Below, piece after piece: positions 49,647-60,872 of a stretch of 64,000 nucleotides of DNA. Both the position numbers and the translations under genes were made by a program. The notes beneath the pieces were generated by a model. It was not told the DNA's origin. It worked only from the letters and a program-made list of their open reading frames with translations, and did not search any database. Each line of letters starts with the position of its first letter. Positions within the stretch are counted from its first letter, which is position 1. Source of the stretch: Malacoraja senta. Its lineage: Eukaryota. The stretch is taken from contig CM075999.1 in assembly GCA_038087875.1 (NCBI GenBank), positions 1,986,001 through 2,050,000 of the forward strand, written 5' to 3'.

Positions 49647-49972
49647 TAAGGCAGCAACTCTACCGCTGCACCACCCGTGCCCACCCCCGCCAGAGTGTGG
49701 GGAACATAGTTCCCTCAAAGTGGAGCATTGCTGAGGCCACACGTTGAACTGGAAAGGGTGCCGGGGCGATTTACGAGGATGTTCCCAAGTCTGGATAGGA
49801 AAGGTTTAGAGGGAAATTGGCCAAACGCGGACAGGTAGGACTAGCATAGTTGGGGCATCTTGGCTGGCATGGGCAGGTTGGCACAAGGGCCCGTTTTCTG
49901 CGCTGTATGACTCGATGACTCAGGAAGGTTTGAGACCAATGTGTCAAAAGCCTTCTTGATCACCCCATCTAC

Positions 49973-50265
49973 CGGCACGGTGGCGCAGCAAAGAGTGCTG
50001 CCTTACAGCGCCAGAGACCCGGGTTCGATCCTGACTACGGGTGCTGTCCGTACAAAGTTTGTTAACGTTCTCTCCGTGACCACGTGGGTTTTCTCAGGTG
50101 CTCCGGTTTCTTCCCACACTCCAAAGACGTACAGGTTTGTAGGTAAATTGGCTTCCCTAGTGTGTGTAGGATAGTGCTGGTGTGCGGGCATCGCTGGCTG
50201 TCACGGACTCGGTGGGCCGAAGGGCCTGTTTCCGCGCTGTATCTCTAAGCCTAAACTAAACTAAA
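49973..50265 (+). mobile_element. V-SINE (inverted paralogue of 47225-47480)
   Basis: Full head, V-domain and tail; shares private variants with the 47225 copy. Confidence 0.82.
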
Positions 50266-51157
50266 CACCCTCTGTGGTTACATGGAAAGATCACAGAGAT
50301 GTAATCATGAAGAAAGCCGCCAGTGCCTCTACTTTCTTACAAGTTTAAAGAGATACAGCGTGTTACCGAATATTTTACAAAACCTCTACAGATGCGCTGT
50401 GGAAAACTATCCTGACCATGATACAGCAATTCAAACGCACAGGAAAGCAAGAAGCAGCAGAGATTCTATGATTCTGTTAAAGAACCACTTCTAAAAAAAT
50501 CAATACACGCTTCACGATGCAAAGAAAGGGAGGCGAGAGCAAAGAGAATATCTGTACAAAGGAAGAGGCAAAAACAATGAAAATGTGGGATGGCTCGATT
50601 CAGTATTCAGTAATTCAGTGTTTACTTTAATGTCATTTTCACTGAGTACTTACATACACAGAAGAAACCAAAAAAATCTGTTCTCAATCAGTTCCTGTCA
50701 GTGCAGTTAATAAAAACAGAATTACATACACACAACTTAAAATTAACTTATCTAAAATAGACTTAAAAATTGAACTAAAAGACATTCGGACCAAGCAGTG
50801 GCTTTGCTTTGGCAGGTGCCTAGCTGTCAAAGTATGGGCGAGGTTGGATGTGTTGGTGTCTGATGTATGGGGACGGGACACAGTCCATTAACCAGTTTTA
50901 TTGCCTGTGGGAAGAAGCTGTGTAGCAACCTGTACAGTAACCATGTATAGTCTTTCCACCGACTGGATAGCAGGCAACAAAAGAATGTGTTCACTCTACC
51001 TCGGTACACGTGACAATTAAACTAAACCAGACTCGAATAAACTAAAGAAAAACAGCCCTAAACTAAACCAAGTCCATGTCGACCATCTGCTGTTATCAAG
51101 CGGAGGCAGACAAAAATGCTGGAGAAACTCAGCAGGTGCAGCAGCGTCTATGGAGCG

Positions 51158-51634
51158 AAGGAAATAGGCAACGTTTCTGGGCCGAAACCCTTAAGGTAAT
51201 AGGCAATGTTTCGGGCTGAAACCCTAAGGAAATAGGCACGTTTCGGGCCGAAACCCTTAAGGAAATAGGCAACGTTTCAGGCTGAAACCCTTAAGGAAAT
51301 AGGCACGTTTCGGGCCCAAAACCCTTAAGCAAATAGGCAATGTTTCAGGCTGAAACCCTTAAGGAAATAGGCAATGTTTCGGGCTGAAACCCTTAAAGGA
51401 AATAGGCAAATGTTTCAGGCCGAAACCCTTAAGGAAATAGGCAATGTTTCCAGGCTGAAACCCTTAAGGAAATAGGCAACGTTTCGGGCCGAAACCCTTA
51501 AGGAAATAGGCAATGTTTCGGGCTGAAACCCTTAAGGAAATAGGCAATGTTTCGGGCCGAAACCCTTAAGAAATAGGCAATGTTTCAGGCTGAAACCCTT
51601 AAGGAAATAGGCAACGTTTCGGGTCGAAACCCTT
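51158..51634. repeat. Tandem array, 14 x about 34 bp (AAGGAAATAGGCAACGTTTCGGGCCGAAACCCTT), inside a palindromic Penelope-tail element (about 51105-51755)
   Basis: 14 contiguous units of 33-36 bp counted directly; no spacers. Confidence 0.95.
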
Positions 51635-52309
51635 GAGGGTTTCGGCCCGAAACGTTGCCTATTTCCTTCGCTCCATAGATGCTGCTGCACCCGCTGAGTT
51701 TCTCCAGCTTTTTGTCTACCTTCGATTTTCCAGCATCTGCAGTTCCTTCTTAAACGACATGCTGTTATCACGCAACTGAACTGTCGTACCAACCAGAGGG
51801 CAGTTCTGAGTCACATCTACCTCAGTGGAGATCCTCGCACTATCTTTGATCGGACTTTGCTGATGTTATCTTGCACTTAACGGTATTCACATTGTTCCCT
51901 TTATCATGTATATGTACACGGTAATCATGTGTTGTCTTTCCGCTGACTGGTTAGCACGCAACAAAAGCTTTCCACTGTGCCTCGGTACAGGTGACAGTAA
52001 ACTAAACTGAACTAAACTAATCTCGACCCGAACCGTCACCCATTCCTTCTCTCCAGAGATGCTGCCTGTCCCGCTGAGTTACTCCAGTTTTTTGTGTCTA
52101 TCTAATCTAAACTAAACCGACCTCCCATCTACCTCATTGGAGACCTTCAATCAATCTTTAATTGGACTTTATCTTGCACTAAACATTATTCCCTTTATCC
52201 TGTATCTTGTACACTGTGGACGCTGGATTGTAATCATGTGTTGTCTTTCCGCTGACTGGTTAGCACGCAACAAAAGCTTTTCACAATACCTTAGTAACAT
52301 GACAATAAA

Positions 52310-52612
52310 TTAAACAAAGCTAAACTAAGCTAACCTGAAGTTAACTAAGCTTAACTGAACTTAATTGAACTTAACTAAACTAAACTAAACTAAACTTTTA
52401 ACTGATTAAACTAAACTTAACTGAACTAAATTGAACTTAACTAAACTAAACTAAACTAAACTAAACGAAACTTTTAACTGACCGGAACTAAACTGAATTA
52501 AACTAAACTTAACTGAACTAAATTGAACTTAACTAAACTAAACTAAACTAAACTAAACTAAACTTTTAACTGACCGGAACTAAACTGAATAAACTAACAC
52601 TAACTAAACTAA
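52310..52612 (+). repeat. (AACTA/AACTG)n pentamer array with higher-order duplication; retroposon tail
   Basis: Directly visible; follows a GACAATAAA LINE-type 3' end. Confidence 0.88.
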
Positions 52613-53165
52613 CATTGCAGCAACAAAAGTGTTTAAAGAGACCTGGTTACATCTCCAACGTCACTAGTTCCATTGAGTTCACCCACCTGAATCATTTACT
52701 GCTGTTGCCACTGAAATCCTGCCTGACCCCTGAGCGATTCCAGCGTTTCTGTGTTTGAATTCTTTAATGAAGTGCCGTCTTCTGCACTGAGCCCAGCGGG
52801 GAAGGAGGAAGTGAAGAAATGTCTGAGAAAGGCTTTTTTTAAATCAGCTTTAAATCTCGTGAAGGCGGCATCAATTGTCGTTTATTTCCTTCTCAGGCAG
52901 TTCGCTAATGGAACCCACATCAAATCCAGCACTTTCCTGATTACCAGCATTGTGTTTTGGGCATGAAAAGTATATACTTGATCGCACCCAATTATCTGAC
53001 CTGGAGTTAGGGAAGAAATAAAATGCTAAAAAAAATGAGAGACTCAAGCTTTCAGTGCGATGTCGTTAAAGTGTTACGCTTCTTCTAAATTAAAATGCAG
53101 CTTCATTAGAGATTAGAATGCGTTGGGGAATTGCCTTGTTTATTGTCTCTCCTTCAACTGTGTAA

Positions 53166-54690
53166 AGCCCCTGTCCCACTTTCACGACCTTAATTCACGA
53201 CCTCTGCCGGGTTTGCCCTTGACTCATACTCGAAAGCAGTGGACAACCCTCAACCGCTTCAGGACGTAGCGATGAAGAGGTGGGGCCTCGTGGACAGCGA
53301 GCGCCTCGACCCAACACACAGACAGTGGAGCACACACATAGTCACCAGTTGCCCAAACACCGGCCACCGAATGGTGAACGAGGTGTGATTGACCTGGACG
53401 ATGACACGTTGGCCTGGCTCGCCTCAACGGAGCTGCAGGTCTAAAAGACACACGACAGAAGAAGAAGATACTTGCAGCGTGGTCGCCACAAGGTTGTAGG
53501 TAGGTCGTAGGTAGGTTGTGATGCTAATCGTAGGTACTCGTGGCATCAAGTAGGTCGGGGCGTTTTTTCTAGCCTGATAAAAAATGTCCACAAGTAAAAA
53601 AAAAGGTCGGCACGGAAAATATCGATACTTTTTACTCGGAGGCGGTCGAAGGTAATAGCTCCGGGGTGAAAAAAAAGTCAGTAGGAAAAAAAAGGTAATT
53701 TAAACAGCAGAACGTCACCTCTGTCACTCCAGGACATGTTCATTCATAGCTGGAGAGTTTTTTGGAGAGGAGACTTGTGTTTTAGAGATGGCACCAAAAG
53801 GTAGCAGCGCGGGGGGAGGGCACAACCCTCAATAAAGCCGGCCATGCAGGTGTTGCCCACCCAGGTGGAGGAGTGGCAGGAGGTGATGCCACGGGAGGTG
53901 ATAGTGCAGGAGGAGGGAACCCTTGCATGAGAGACCCCTGGAGGAGGAGACCAGGGTGGTAGGATATGTCCCCACCACCAACCCCATCCTTCACTGCCTC
54001 ATTTGAAGGCAGCAAAGCAGCCCTTTCTCCTGCGTCTGACAAAGCATTAGAGGCAGATGCCCCGTTGGTGGTGAGGGTGGGCTGGAGGAAGGTTATGCCC
54101 TACACCTTCACCAGGCAGCAGGAGGGGGACCTTGAGGAATGGTTCCAGCAGAATGCCATCCTGTACGAAAAGGAAAATGATGGGTACAGGGACAGGGACA
54201 AGAATGGCATGCTTGCCATCCACTGCCCCACATGTGTGTGCTTAAAGTTCCATCTTTTGTCAAAGCCCAGCGCCACTCTCTTCCAGTCATCTGGTGTAGG
54301 GGGACAGTCCATCACATCATCTCCATTCCCCCATTGAGACCTCTTCCTGTGCTTCCTCTTCACCCTTGCTCTTCCCCTTCTGCCTTTCTTAAAAGGCTGC
54401 TGAAGCAAAAGGGCAACTGCAAACAGCAGTAAAACGTACATGGTCGAAGCCAGTCTTCATCATGGTCGAAGGAGGTCGAAGCAGGTCTTCTTCATAGTCG
54501 AAGCAGGTCTTCATCATAGTCGTGGGAGGTCCTCAACATAGTCGTGGGAGGTCCTCAACATAGCCGTAGGAGGTCGTAGACATAGTGGTAGAAGGTCGTA
54601 GGAGGTCGTGGGTCACCGCGACCTTGATTTATTAGGTCGTTTAAGGTCGTCAGAGGTCGCGAATTAGGTCGTGACAGTGGGACAGGGGCT
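53166..54690. mobile_element. Internally deleted PIF/Harbinger DNA transposon with remnants of both genes
   Basis: TIR AGCCCCTGTCCCACT...; TWA flanks; minus strand CPPTPDDWKRVALGFDKRWNFKHT/CGAVDGKH (first catalytic Asp region, DGKH at 54209-54220); plus strand YTFTRQQEGDLEEWFQQNAILYEKENDGYRDRDK (Myb/SANT/MADF-like start); subterminal GGTCG repeats. Confidence 0.85.
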
Positions 54691-54720
54691 TTATTCTGCT
54701 ATTATGATGAATTTACAAGA

Positions 54721-55500
54721 AGCCTCCTCCACTGTCAGAGTGAGGCCCAGCATAGTTTGGAGGAACACCACCTCATATATCACCTGGGCAGCTCATACAA
54801 CCCAGCGGTATGAACATTGACTTCTCTAACTTCAAGTAACCCTTGCATGCCCTCTCTCTCTCTCTGTCTCTCCCCCATCCTAGTACTAGTTTCACTGTCG
54901 TCCCGTTGAGTTTCATTGTCTGTACAACTCGTTATCATCTTCTTCCACAGCCAACAATGGACCATTGTGGGCTCCACCTTTCCATTATCATCGTTCGTTT
55001 TTTTTACTTTTTGGCATATCTTTCATTCATTTGTTCCATAGCTCTCCATATCACCCTCTGTGTCTCTCGTTTTCCCTCTCCCCTGACTCTCAGTCTGAAG
55101 AAGGGTCTCGACCCGAAAGGTCACCCATTCCTTCTCTCCCGAGATGCTGCCTGACCCGCTGAGTAAAAGCCCTGTCCCACTGTACGAGTTCTCCCGAGTT
55201 TCCCCTGATTCGAACTCGGAGAATTACGGTAATGGCCGCTCGTAGGTACTCGGGGCTCTCGTGGACATTTTTCAACATGTTGAAAAATCTTCACGAGTCC
55301 TCCTAAGCTTACCGCGTTTCCCGAGTACCTGCCGTTAGCGTTAGGAGCCGCTAAGAGACGTCCCCGAGCTCCGACGTACCCGCTACGTACATTCTACGTG
55401 CTTAGCACGAGTTGATTTTTTTTTTTTACTCGGGAGAGGTCTTGAATGAACTCGTACAGTGGGACAGGGCTTTTACTCCAGCACTTTGTGTCTATCTTCA
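54721..55500 (+). mobile_element. Penelope-like element 3' end: GIY-YIG C-terminus, 3' UTR and hammerhead-like motif; interrupted at 55167-55472 by a MITE
   Basis: LLHCQSEAQ..LEEHHLI..LG...PSGMNIDFSNFK* (stop 54837-54839); overlaps in sequence with the end of the 39349-39528 fragment; followed by a pyrimidine-rich UTR and CTGAAGA...GAAA at 55095-55122. Confidence 0.85.
55167..55472. mobile_element. Harbinger-type MITE
   Basis: TIR AAGCCCTGTCCCACTGTACGAGTTC; inserted at the TTA of gctgag(tta)ctccagca in a Penelope tail. Confidence 0.88.
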
Positions 55501-56594
55501 AGAAGGCTCAAATCAACAAAGGGGCAAGAAAAAGCACAGTCTCGATTTAGAACATTGCCTGTTCTAAGATTATCTATTTACACTTTTGATGGAAAGATTG
55601 CAGAGAAGATTTACCAAGACATTGCCAGCACTCAAGGACCTGGATTGTAGGGAGAGGCTGGGCAGGCGAGGACTTTATTCCTTGCAATGCTAGAACCGAA
55701 ACAGTGATCCAATAGAGGTCAACAAAATAATGAAGGATATAGATAGGGTGCATACACATGGGTCTTTGCCTAAAGTAGGGGAATCAAGAACCAGAGGACA
55801 TTGAAGATCAACACAAAATGCTGGAATAACTCAGCGGGATAGGCAGCATCTCTGGAGAGAAGGAATGGGTGACTTTTCGGGTCAAGACCCTTCTCCAGAC
55901 TTGTATATTTTTGGTATGAACCAGCATCTGCGGTTCCTTTTTATTATATTTTATAACATTTAAAAGATATTTGGACATATTTGGATATTCGTGATTGGTA
56001 CAGATTACAGGGAGACGGCAGGAGAATGGGGTTAGGAGGGAGAGATAGATCAGCCGTGATTGAATGGCGGAGTAGACTTGATGGGCCGAATGGCCTAATT
56101 CTATTCCTATCACTTATGACAGAAACATGGATAGGAAAGGTTTGGATTATTTGCTTCGCGTGAAGAAGGGTTTCGGCTCGAAACGTTGCCTATTTCCTTC
56201 GCTCCATAGATGCTGCCGTACCTGCTGAGTTTCTCCAGCAATTTTGTCTACCTAAGGTTTGGATGGAAATGGGCCAGAGGCGGGTAAATGGGACTAGCGC
56301 AGATGGGGCACCTTGGTCAGCATGGAGGAGTTGGGCCCAAGGGCCTGGTTCCGTGCCGCATGTCTCTGTGGCTCTGTATTGGGTTGCATAGCACGTGACA
56401 AGACAGCGTATCTCCCCAGCGCCACGGGCACAGGGTGATACAGATATAGTCGTCAATCTATGAGCGTAAGAGTGGATTAATCTCACAGCATCAGGCTCGA
56501 GTTCCTGGGGTGTGACATGTTGCGATCTATCGAACTTCGAAGCAAGAAGGAGCCCTGCCTGAATGACAGCTGATTGTCAGAGCAACATCGGAGT

Positions 56595-56622
56595 CTGAAG
56601 AAGGGTCTCGACCCGAAACGTC
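56595..56622 (+). ncRNA. Minimal hammerhead-ribozyme-like motif in a Penelope tail (representative intact copy)
   Basis: CTGAAGA (CUGANGA core) - A - GGGT CTCG ACCC (stem II) - GAAA - CG - TC; palindromic ACGT helix III; stem I only about 2 bp. Confidence 0.6.
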
Positions 56623-56685
56623 ATCCATTCCTTCTCTCCAGATTTGCTGTCTGAGTTACTCCGGCTTTTTGTGTCTATCTTCGGT

Positions 56686-57805
56686 ATTGGGGATTCAGTA
56701 TTGATGTGGATAGAGAACTGGCTGGCAAACAGGAAGCAAAGAGTAGGAGTAAACGGGTCCTTTTCACAATGGCAGGCAGTGACTAGTGGGGTACCGCAAG
56801 GCTCAGTGCTGGGACCCCAGCTATTTACAATTTATATTAATGAACTGGATGAGGGAATTGAAGGCAACATCTCCAAGTTTGCGGATGACACTAAGCTGGG
56901 GGCAGTGTCAGCTGTGAGGAGGATGCTAGGAGACTGCAAGGTGACTTGGATAGGCTGGGTGAGTGGGCAAATGTTTGGCAGATGCAGTATAATGTGGATA
57001 AATGTGAGGTTATCCACTTTGGTGGCAAAAACAGGAAAGCAGACTATTATCTAAATGGTGGCCGATTAGGAAATGGGGAGATGCAGCGAGACCTGGGTGT
57101 CATGGTACACCAGTCATTGAAAGTAGGCATGCAGGTGCAGCAGGCAGTGAAGAAAGCGAATGGTATGTTAGCTTTCATAGCAAAAGGATTTGAGTATAGG
57201 AGCAGGGAGGTTCTACTGCAGTTGTACAGGGTCTTGGTGAGACCACACCTGGAGTATTGCGTACAGTTTTGGTCTCCAAATCTGAGGAAGGACATTATAG
57301 CCATAGAGGGAGTGCAGAGAAGGTTCACCAGACTGATTCCTGGGATGTCAGGACTTTCATATGAAGAAAGACTGGATAGACTTGGCTTATACTCGCTAGA
57401 ATTTAGGAGATTGAGAGGGGATCTTATAGAAACGTACAACATTCTTATGGGGTTGGACAGGCAGATGCAGGAAGATTGTTCCCGATGTTGGGGAAGTCAG
57501 GACAAGGGGTCACAGCTTAAGGATAAGGGGGAAATCCTTTAAGACCGAGATGAGGAAAAACTTTTTCACACAGAGAGTGGTGAATCTCTGGAACTCTCTG
57601 CCACAGAAGGTAGTTGAGGCCAGTTCATTGGCTATATTTAAGAGGGAGTTAGATGTGGCCCTTGTGGCTAAAGGGATCAGGGGGTATGGAGAGAAGGCAG
57701 GTACGGGATACTGAGTTGGATGATCAGCCATGATCATATTGAATGGCGGTGCAGGCTCGAAGGGCCGAATGGCCTACTCCTGCACCTATTTTCTATGTAT
57801 CTATG
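56686..57805 (+). mobile_element. CR1-clade LINE 3' portion, near-identical to the 60873-62709 copy but with frameshifts
   Basis: Encodes [13 protein letters not shown]...[10 protein letters not shown]...FADD...RPHLEYCVQFW; flanked by tatcttcggt (56676-56685) and tatctttggt (57806-57815) inside a Penelope-tail element. Confidence 0.93.
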
Positions 57806-58193
57806 TATCTTTGGTTTAAACCAGCATCTGCAGTTCCTGCCTGCACACTCAGAGTGTTGGCTGCCAACATCCTCACCGGCTGAACCATTCCTCGATAACA
57901 TCACTAAAGGTTGGACTGTTCCGACAGCCACTGCCAAGCAGGAGATTCCCAAGTGAAGAGTCAAAGACTGGAGTAACACATCGGGACAGGCTGCATCCCT
58001 GGAGAACATGGACAGCTGACGTTTCGGGTCATGACCCTTCTTCAGACTGAATAAAGGGCCTGAAACATCACACAGTCTTCACGTTAGCGAGAAACCTCAG
58101 TGATGCTGTGGTACTAAGTTCATAAGTGATAGGAGCAGAATTAGGCCATTCGGCCCATCGAGTCTACTCCGCCATTCAATCACAGCTGATCAC

Positions 58194-58600
58194 AGAGGGG
58201 ATCTCATTGAAACATATAAGATCGTTAAGGGTTTGGACACGCTAGAGGCAGGAAACATGTTCCCGATGTTGGGGGAGTCCAGAACCAGGGGCCACAGTTT
58301 AAGAATAAGGAGTAAGCCATTTGGAACGGAGACGAGGAAACACCTTTTCTCACAGAGAGTGGTAAGTCTGTGGAATTCTCTGCCTCAGAGGGTGGTGGAG
58401 GTGGGTTCTCTGGATGCTTTCAAGAGAGAGCTAGATAGGGCTCTTAAAAATAGCGGAGTCAGGGGATATGGGGAGAAGGCTGGAACGGGGTACTGATTGG
58501 TGATGATCAGCCACGATCACATTGAATGGCGGTGCTGGCTCGAAGGGCCGAATGGCCTACTCCTGCACCTATTGTCTATTGTCTATTGTCTATTGTCTAT
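58194..58600 (+). mobile_element. CR1 LINE 3' fragment
   Basis: ORF 58233-58496 CR1 C-terminus; (CTATTGT)n tail. Confidence 0.88.
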
Positions 58601-58899
58601 CTTTCCCTCTCAACCCCATTCTCCTGCCTTCTCCCCGTAACCCCTGACACCCGTACTAATCAAGAATCTGTTAATCTCCACCTTGAATATTTCCATTGAC
58701 TTGGCCTCCACAGCCGCCTGCACAAATAAATTCCACAGATTCACCACCGACTGACTGCTCCCATGTTTCTTTGAAAATGAAATAATCAGAGAGTCAAACA
58801 GCACGGAAACAGGCCTCTCAGCCTGATTAGCCCATGCTGGCCCAGATGCCCCATCTACATTAGTCCCAATTGCCACGTTACGCCCACATCCCTCTAAAC

Positions 58900-59320
58900 A
58901 CTAGAATTTCGAAGATTGAGGGGGGATCTTATAGAAACTTACAAAATACTTAAGGGGTTGGACAGGCTAGATGCAAGAAGATTGTTCCTGATGTTGGGGA
59001 AGTCCAGAACAAGGGGTCACAGTTTAAGGATAAGGGGGAAGTCTTTTAGGACCGAGATGAGAAAAAAATTTCACACAGAGAGTGGTGAATCTGTGGAACT
59101 CTCTGCCACAGAGGGTAGTTGAGGCCAGTTCATTGGCCATATTTAAGAGGGAGTTAGAGGTGGCCCTTGTGGCTAAAGGGATCAGGGGGTATGGAGAGAA
59201 GGCAGGTACAGGATACTGAGTTGGATGATCAGCCATGATCATATTGAATGGCGGTGCAGGCTCGAAGGGCCGAATGGCCTACTCCTGCACCTATTTTCTA
59301 CGTTTCCATGTTTCTATGTT
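58900..59320 (+). mobile_element. CR1 LINE 3' fragment
   Basis: RGDLIETYKILKGLDRLDARRLF...SRTRGHSLRIRG plus 3' UTR. Confidence 0.88.
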
Positions 59321-60872
59321 AAACCATTCCCATTCATCTATCTCTCTAAGCGTCTTTTAAATGGTGTTATAGTGCCTGCTTCAACTACCTCCTATACCCA
59401 CCACCCGCTGAGTGAAAAAGTTGCCCCTCAGGTTCCTATTAATTGTTCCCCCTCTCACCTTAAACCCATGCCCTCTGTATCTTGATTCCCCTTCTTTGGG
59501 TAAAAGACTCTGTGTGTTCACCCTTACTCATCCCCACATGATCATATACACCTCTATAAGATCACCCCTCATCCTCCTGCACTCCAAGGAATGAAGTCCT
59601 AGCCTGCCCAACCTCTCCCTGTAGCTCAGGCCCTCGAGTCCCAGTAACATTCTCGTTAACCTTCTCTGCCAGTCTGATCGCTGTCCCACAGAACGGTGCA
59701 TCTTGGCGCAAGGATTAAATTAAAGAAAGAAGCACATTTTGTCATCGGGCTGCAGAAAATTACACGAGCAGTTTTGACCGAGTGAAAAACCCTTTAACAG
59801 TCGAAATATTGCCAAGTAAATAGGAGATCTAATTCTGAACGAACATCCACATCATAACACCCAACGCCTTATTTCGCCAATGGAAATCTTTAGTTTAGTT
59901 TAGTTTAGTTTAAAGTTACAGCGTGGGAACCACCACTGCCGTGCTGCCAAACTGATCACAGCCCAGTCAATATTTGCAATCCGTCAGAAAGATCGGGAAG
60001 ACTTTAGACTTTAGAGATACAACGCGGAAACAGGCCCTTCGGCCCACCGAGACCGTGCCGACCAGCGATATCCATACATCAACACTATCCTACACACACC
60101 AGGGACAAATTTACAATTTTACCAAAGCCAATTAGCCTACAAACCTGCACGTCTTTGGAGTGTGGGAGGAAACCGGAGCACCCAGAGAAAACCCACGCGG
60201 GCCACCGCTTTCCTTTTTTGATCGACAAAGACGGATCCGTTTTGGCAATAACAAGTAAACCTCTATTATCTTCCACATGTGGAGCAAAGAGCGAATTATA
60301 CTTACCCGCTTGCTTAAAGGTGCAGGAAAACGATAGAATGGGTCATATCTCTAACCTTTCACAATTCAAACGAAAAATTAGACGCAAAATACCCGAGCAG
60401 CACAGATATTAACGACAGATTATTTACTAACTTCAGTCGCTTGGAGAATCCCAAAATATTTTCACCATATTTGGTTAGTGTGCTCCCATATGCAAATTAC
60501 ATATTTCTCCCATGACATGTTTGCTCTGTGGCAGATAAAGCACAATTTCTTCTCTACGAAGGCAAAACTGTCATTTGTGGAGGAAGTAACTGAACAGGAT
60601 ATGGTGGTTTTAAAGGTTTTGTAATCTGAAAATTGTAGCATGCTTCCACTCTGTCGTTGCATTAGGAAAATGGATTATTTTAATACTCTGGAATTTAGAA
60701 GGATGAGAGGGAATCTTATTGAAACGTATAAGATTATTAAGGGTTTGGACACGCTAGAGGCAGGAAACATGTTCCCCATGTTGGGGGAGTCCAGAACCAT
60801 GGGCCACATTTTAAGAATAAGGGAGTTGTGAATCGGTGGAATTCCCCTCTACCTCAGAGGGCAGTGGAGGCC

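Noticed and set aside
51158..51634. Possible CRISPR array (34-bp partly palindromic repeats)
   Set aside because: Units are contiguous with no unique spacers, there are no cas genes, the context is vertebrate, and the unit is part of the Penelope-tail arm.
52310..52612. Interstitial telomeric or centromeric repeat
   Set aside because: The unit is AACTA/AACTG, not TTAGGG, and it follows a retroposon 3' end like the shorter tails elsewhere in the window.
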